Origin: a virus
Virus record (IMG/VR): IMGVR_UViG_3300045988_160579
DNA length: 63,236 bases
Strand: one strand, 5' to 3'
Part shown: positions 60,550-63,236 of the stretch, one piece after another
Layout of the letters: every line of letters starts with the position of its first letter
Numbering within the stretch: the first letter of the stretch is position 1
The notes under the pieces: model-generated
Databases searched by the model: none
Told to the model about the DNA's origin: nothing
What the model saw: the letters and a program-made list of their open reading frames with translations, nothing else
Program-made: the position numbers and the translations under genes

Positions 60550-60565
60550 TAACTTTTGATTGATT

Positions 60566-60946
60566 ATGATAAACAGAATTAAAGAAGTAATAACCTATTC
60601 AGGGCTATCAGAGAGGGGATTTGCTATTAAGTGTGGATTAAAGCCCACAACTATTAATAATCAACTGATAGGAAAAAGAGAAATTAGCCTTGCAACAATA
60701 ATAGCAATTTCATCCTCATTTGAGGAAATTTCCGCTGAATGGTTGTTAAGAGGAACTGGTTCCATGCTCATTCAAAAAGAAGAAACAGAACCAGGAATGG
60801 ACAAATTGAAAAGTATTGTATATACCATAGCCAATTTGCAGGATGAAATCAATGAAAAGACAGTACTTACTCAACGCCTTTTGGAAGAAAACCAGAAATT
60901 AAAGGGTGAACTGGCTATGTTGAAGAACGAACGAAATATAGGATAA
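60566..60946 (+). CDS. HTH (XRE/CI-like) repressor with C-terminal leucine-zipper-like coiled coil
   Basis: Track ORF starts at TTG 60560; ATG is at 60566. IKEVITYSGLSERGFAIKCGLKPTTINNQLIGKREISLATIIAISSSF, then LLEENQKLKGELAMLKNE. Confidence 0.7.
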   Translation: MINRIKEVITYSGLSERGFAIKCGLKPTTINNQLIGKREISLATIIAISSSFEEISAEWLLRGTGSMLIQKEETEPGMDKLKSIVYTIANLQDEINEKTVLTQRLLEENQKLKGELAMLKNERNIG

Positions 60947-61045
60947 GCCGTGAAAAGGACATATCATAGCATTTTAAGTATGCGCCAAATTGAAACAGTA
61001 GAGCCTAATTATTATATAGCTAACACTATAATTTAATTCATACAT

Positions 61046-61624
61046 ATGGCAAAAATAAAACAAGATAGAGAGCTTTTAAAAATTATAGATGACTATAAAA
61101 CTTTCATTAATGCTGAAAAGAGAATTAATGCACCAATCATTGTTTCTGAACCTAAAGGAAATCATGGTACATCTCTTTATACTAAAAAACATCTTCACTC
61201 AGAGTTCCACTTCGGAAATACCTTCATGACTTGTGAAGTACGAAATGGAGATAAAACAGATTGTTCATTCCAGATAGTTTCGGATAAATTCAAAAAAGGA
61301 GTAGTTATCCGCTATGACAGTGGTGGAGGTACTCATAAAAACGAAGTTCCGTTTATACCTTTAGCTGAGCAAAGTGTTACAACTCCTCATTTTCACAAAT
61401 ATGATGATAATGGATATTTCTTAGCCTATAAAACAGACTTATTGAATAATCCCAAACAAGCTGAGCATTTATTTGACATTGACTTTGGTTTTCCTTACTT
61501 TTGCCAAGAAAGTGTGATCTACACTAATGATGAGCATGAATTACCTGAAATACAAGTATTTCGAGAAGGCTATCTTCCTTTCGAAAGAGAAGACAAAGAC
61601 CCACTTGAAGGAATAAATTTTTAA
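61046..61624 (+). CDS. hypothetical protein (192 aa), co-oriented with the repressor
   Basis: ORF track. His-rich motifs RYDSGGGTHKN...TPHFHKYDD. No family recognised. Confidence 0.55.
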   Translation: MAKIKQDRELLKIIDDYKTFINAEKRINAPIIVSEPKGNHGTSLYTKKHLHSEFHFGNTFMTCEVRNGDKTDCSFQIVSDKFKKGVVIRYDSGGGTHKNEVPFIPLAEQSVTTPHFHKYDDNGYFLAYKTDLLNNPKQAEHLFDIDFGFPYFCQESVIYTNDEHELPEIQVFREGYLPFEREDKDPLEGINF

Positions 61625-61627
61625 GAG

Positions 61628-62434
61628 ATGGAAAAACTTATTGAATATATCATCAAATCCTACAATTCTTTATGGAAAATAAAGAAACATGGAAATACTT
61701 TTGAGATCATAACACCGATAGCAACAACAAGTAATATCTTTGTTTCCGTCTTTTTAACTCGAAGAGGAGATGATTTTATTGTTACTGATGGTGGTTGGAT
61801 AGACAGTGGTATGTATGAATGTGAAGCTAATTCTGATGACATATACTATTTCAAACTATTCCAGTATTATTTAGAAGATTATGAAATAGATATTTTAGAA
61901 CATGCTGGCTATCATTACTATTATAAAAAAATAGAGAAAGCAGAGCTAGTACCAAATATAGTATACGACTTGTCCAGTTTCATTAATGCCGTAGTTAGTG
62001 CATCTTTTATCTCTTTTGAAGAAAAAAAGGAAAAAGAACAAATTGGTAGATTTAAAAGGAATGCCACTAATTTCATACATAACCTTGTAGATAAGGAACA
62101 CTTAAAAACCAACTACTCTATACATGAAGGATTAGCAATTAAATTCAATGCTGTTGTTCTTCGAAATAATAGAATGACGCTTATTAATTACGTTACAGGT
62201 TCTAATGATACAAATTTCATATTAAGTTTAGGGCGTTCTAATTTGAATTATGATGCAGTAGATGCACATGCCATCAATAGCCGTATCAATCATAAAATAA
62301 CTCTAATAGATGATACTACAAAATCTATTCAATCTCCTAAAATTGCTCCTTACTTAAAGTCTATTGAAACCAAATCAGGGCGTACGTATTTAAAATGGCA
62401 TGAAAAATCCCATTTAAAAGAATTAGTGGAATAA
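61628..62434 (+). CDS. DUF1828/DUF1829-like protein
   Basis: 268 aa. N-terminal FEIITPIATTSNIFVSVFLTRRGDDFIVTDGGWIDSG resembles DUF1828. 3-nt gap after the previous gene. Confidence 0.45.
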   Translation: MEKLIEYIIKSYNSLWKIKKHGNTFEIITPIATTSNIFVSVFLTRRGDDFIVTDGGWIDSGMYECEANSDDIYYFKLFQYYLEDYEIDILEHAGYHYYYKKIEKAELVPNIVYDLSSFINAVVSASFISFEEKKEKEQIGRFKRNATNFIHNLVDKEHLKTNYSIHEGLAIKFNAVVLRNNRMTLINYVTGSNDTNFILSLGRSNLNYDAVDAHAINSRINHKITLIDDTTKSIQSPKIAPYLKSIETKSGRTYLKWHEKSHLKELVE

Positions 62435-62498
62435 ATTACGCTTTATAAATAAAATATGATTCTTAAACAATGATACAAACTAGAAGTAAACACTATAT

Positions 62499-62843
62499 AT
62501 GGAACTAAAAGAATTTATAAAAGACACAGTTACTCAAATAGCAGATGCAGTAACAGAGTTAAATGGTGGAACATCAAAATATCCACTAACCATTAATCCT
62601 ATTGGTGATATAGGGAAACAGGATTCAAATTACATAGAGATAGCGTCAAAACATTGTTATATCACAAATATTGAATTTAATCTGTCATTGACAACATCTG
62701 ACAATAAAGGAAACAATACAAAAGTTGGTGTGTTTGCAAGCATTATAGGAGTAGGTGTATCTTCTAATGAAGATGCACAAAATGAATCTGTAAGCAGAAT
62801 AAAGTTCTCCTTACCCATGCTTTTACCAAACAAGGAAGTTTAA
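62499..62843 (+). CDS. small protein resembling trypsin-co-occurring domain 2 (Trypco2-like)
   Basis: 114 aa. LKEFIKDTVTQIADAVTEL...ITNIEFNLSLTT...KVGVFASIIGVGVSS...SRIKFSLPM. Confidence 0.4.
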   Translation: MELKEFIKDTVTQIADAVTELNGGTSKYPLTINPIGDIGKQDSNYIEIASKHCYITNIEFNLSLTTSDNKGNNTKVGVFASIIGVGVSSNEDAQNESVSRIKFSLPMLLPNKEV

Positions 62844-62848
62844 AATTA

Positions 62849-63034
62849 TTAAGGCAATTTTCCTTCTTTGATATATTTATATGTATAATCAGCCACATTA
62901 ATGAAAGAACTGGTTCCATTCACTTTTGTGACATAACCAATGCAGCGTTCTCTTAAAGCTTGATCTTTTTTAAGTTCTCTACGAACTTTACGCACTCTCA
63001 TCCATTTTTGGATGCTTCTAAAAAACATTTTCAT
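62849..63034 (-). CDS. small basic hypothetical protein (61 aa)
   Basis: ORF track. Convergent with the plus-strand cluster. Confidence 0.35.
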   Translation of the reverse strand: MKMFFRSIQKWMRVRKVRRELKKDQALRERCIGYVTKVNGTSSFINVADYTYKYIKEGKLP

Positions 63035-63129
63035 AAACGCACTATTTTAGTTTGACAATGCGCAAATATAATATTTAAAGTAATATAAAACATGAAACTC
63101 AAAAATCTTGATAGTACATAAAACAGCAA

Positions 63130-63149
63130 ATGGTCGAATTATGGTCGAA
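63130..63149 (+). promoter_or_regulatory. two direct ATGGTCGAA repeats, candidate integrase arm-type sites (right arm)
   Basis: atggtcgaa at 63130-63138 and 63141-63149 (11-bp phasing), the same motif and orientation as 163..248. Confidence 0.45.
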
Positions 63150-63174
63150 CCATAAAAAAAAGCAGGACTATATA

Positions 63175-63191
63175 ATTGATATACAGAATAT
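63175..63191 (+). promoter_or_regulatory. att-flanking repeat ATTGATATACAG(C/A)ATAT, right copy
   Basis: attgatatacag (63175-63186) equals 66-77. Confidence 0.4.
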
Positions 63192-63213
63192 ACAACTAGA
63201 TTTCCAAAAATGT

Positions 63214-63236
63214 GTCTAGTTTAGTTTTTGTGTTGA
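63214..63236. repeat. 23-bp terminal direct repeat, right copy
   Basis: Identical to 1..23. Confidence 0.85.

Larger units (their letters stand above)
1..63236. mobile_element. complete temperate (integrase-encoding) siphovirus-like phage or prophage, Bacteroidota type
   Basis: Identical 23-bp repeats at both window ends. Integrase, repressor switch, terminase-portal-protease-capsid-tape measure-fibre module and lysis cassette all present. Bacteroides-type TAnnTTTG promoters. Confidence 0.85.

Overview
The window is one apparently complete ~63.2-kb temperate tailed-phage genome of Bacteroidota type. The evidence for the host type is Bacteroides-style TTTG-N19-21-TAnnTTTG promoters and A/T-rich gene starts without Shine-Dalgarno sequences. 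An identical 23-bp direct repeat delimits it (1..23 = 63214..63236), and a tyrosine integrase sits just inside the left end. Almost all phage genes are on the minus strand. In transcription order they are: early, recombination and replication genes (60412 down to 42014); accessory and DNA-metabolism genes; a terminase-portal-protease-capsid-tail-tape measure module (36947 down to 16957); a 2057-aa fibre protein; two paralogous fibre-tip proteins; a complete diversity-generating retroelement (DGR); and a holin-amidase-spanin lysis cassette. The plus strand carries the integrase, the repressor and several moron-like islands, each with its own TAnnTTTG promoter. Main second-look items: (1) The DGR runs target VR 9168..9256, avd, TR 8411..8499, RT. 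All 12 TR/VR differences fall on TR adenines, and the TR lies in frame inside the RT ORF. (2) Two non-coding blocks (57872..58762 and 59459..59866) hold five tRNA-derived RNAs. Their acceptor, D and T arms are intact, but every anticodon arm is non-canonical: truncated to a 4-6 nt loop, expanded to 19 nt, or replaced by a 12-bp helix carrying two hairpins. (3) A ~105-bp promoter/operator cassette is repeated four times in front of early operons. It carries tandem AAAATGGCG repeats and a 5'-UTR box at fixed spacing from the ATG, and a candidate plus-strand small RNA is complementary to that box. (4) Several candidate lysogen-expressed conflict genes are present: an AbiC-like membrane protein, a deaminase fusion inside the tail module, a trypsin-like protease island, and a three-gene cluster next to the repressor. 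I saw no rRNA, CRISPR array or transposase. All family names come from motifs I recognised by eye; no database search or RNA-folding program was run.
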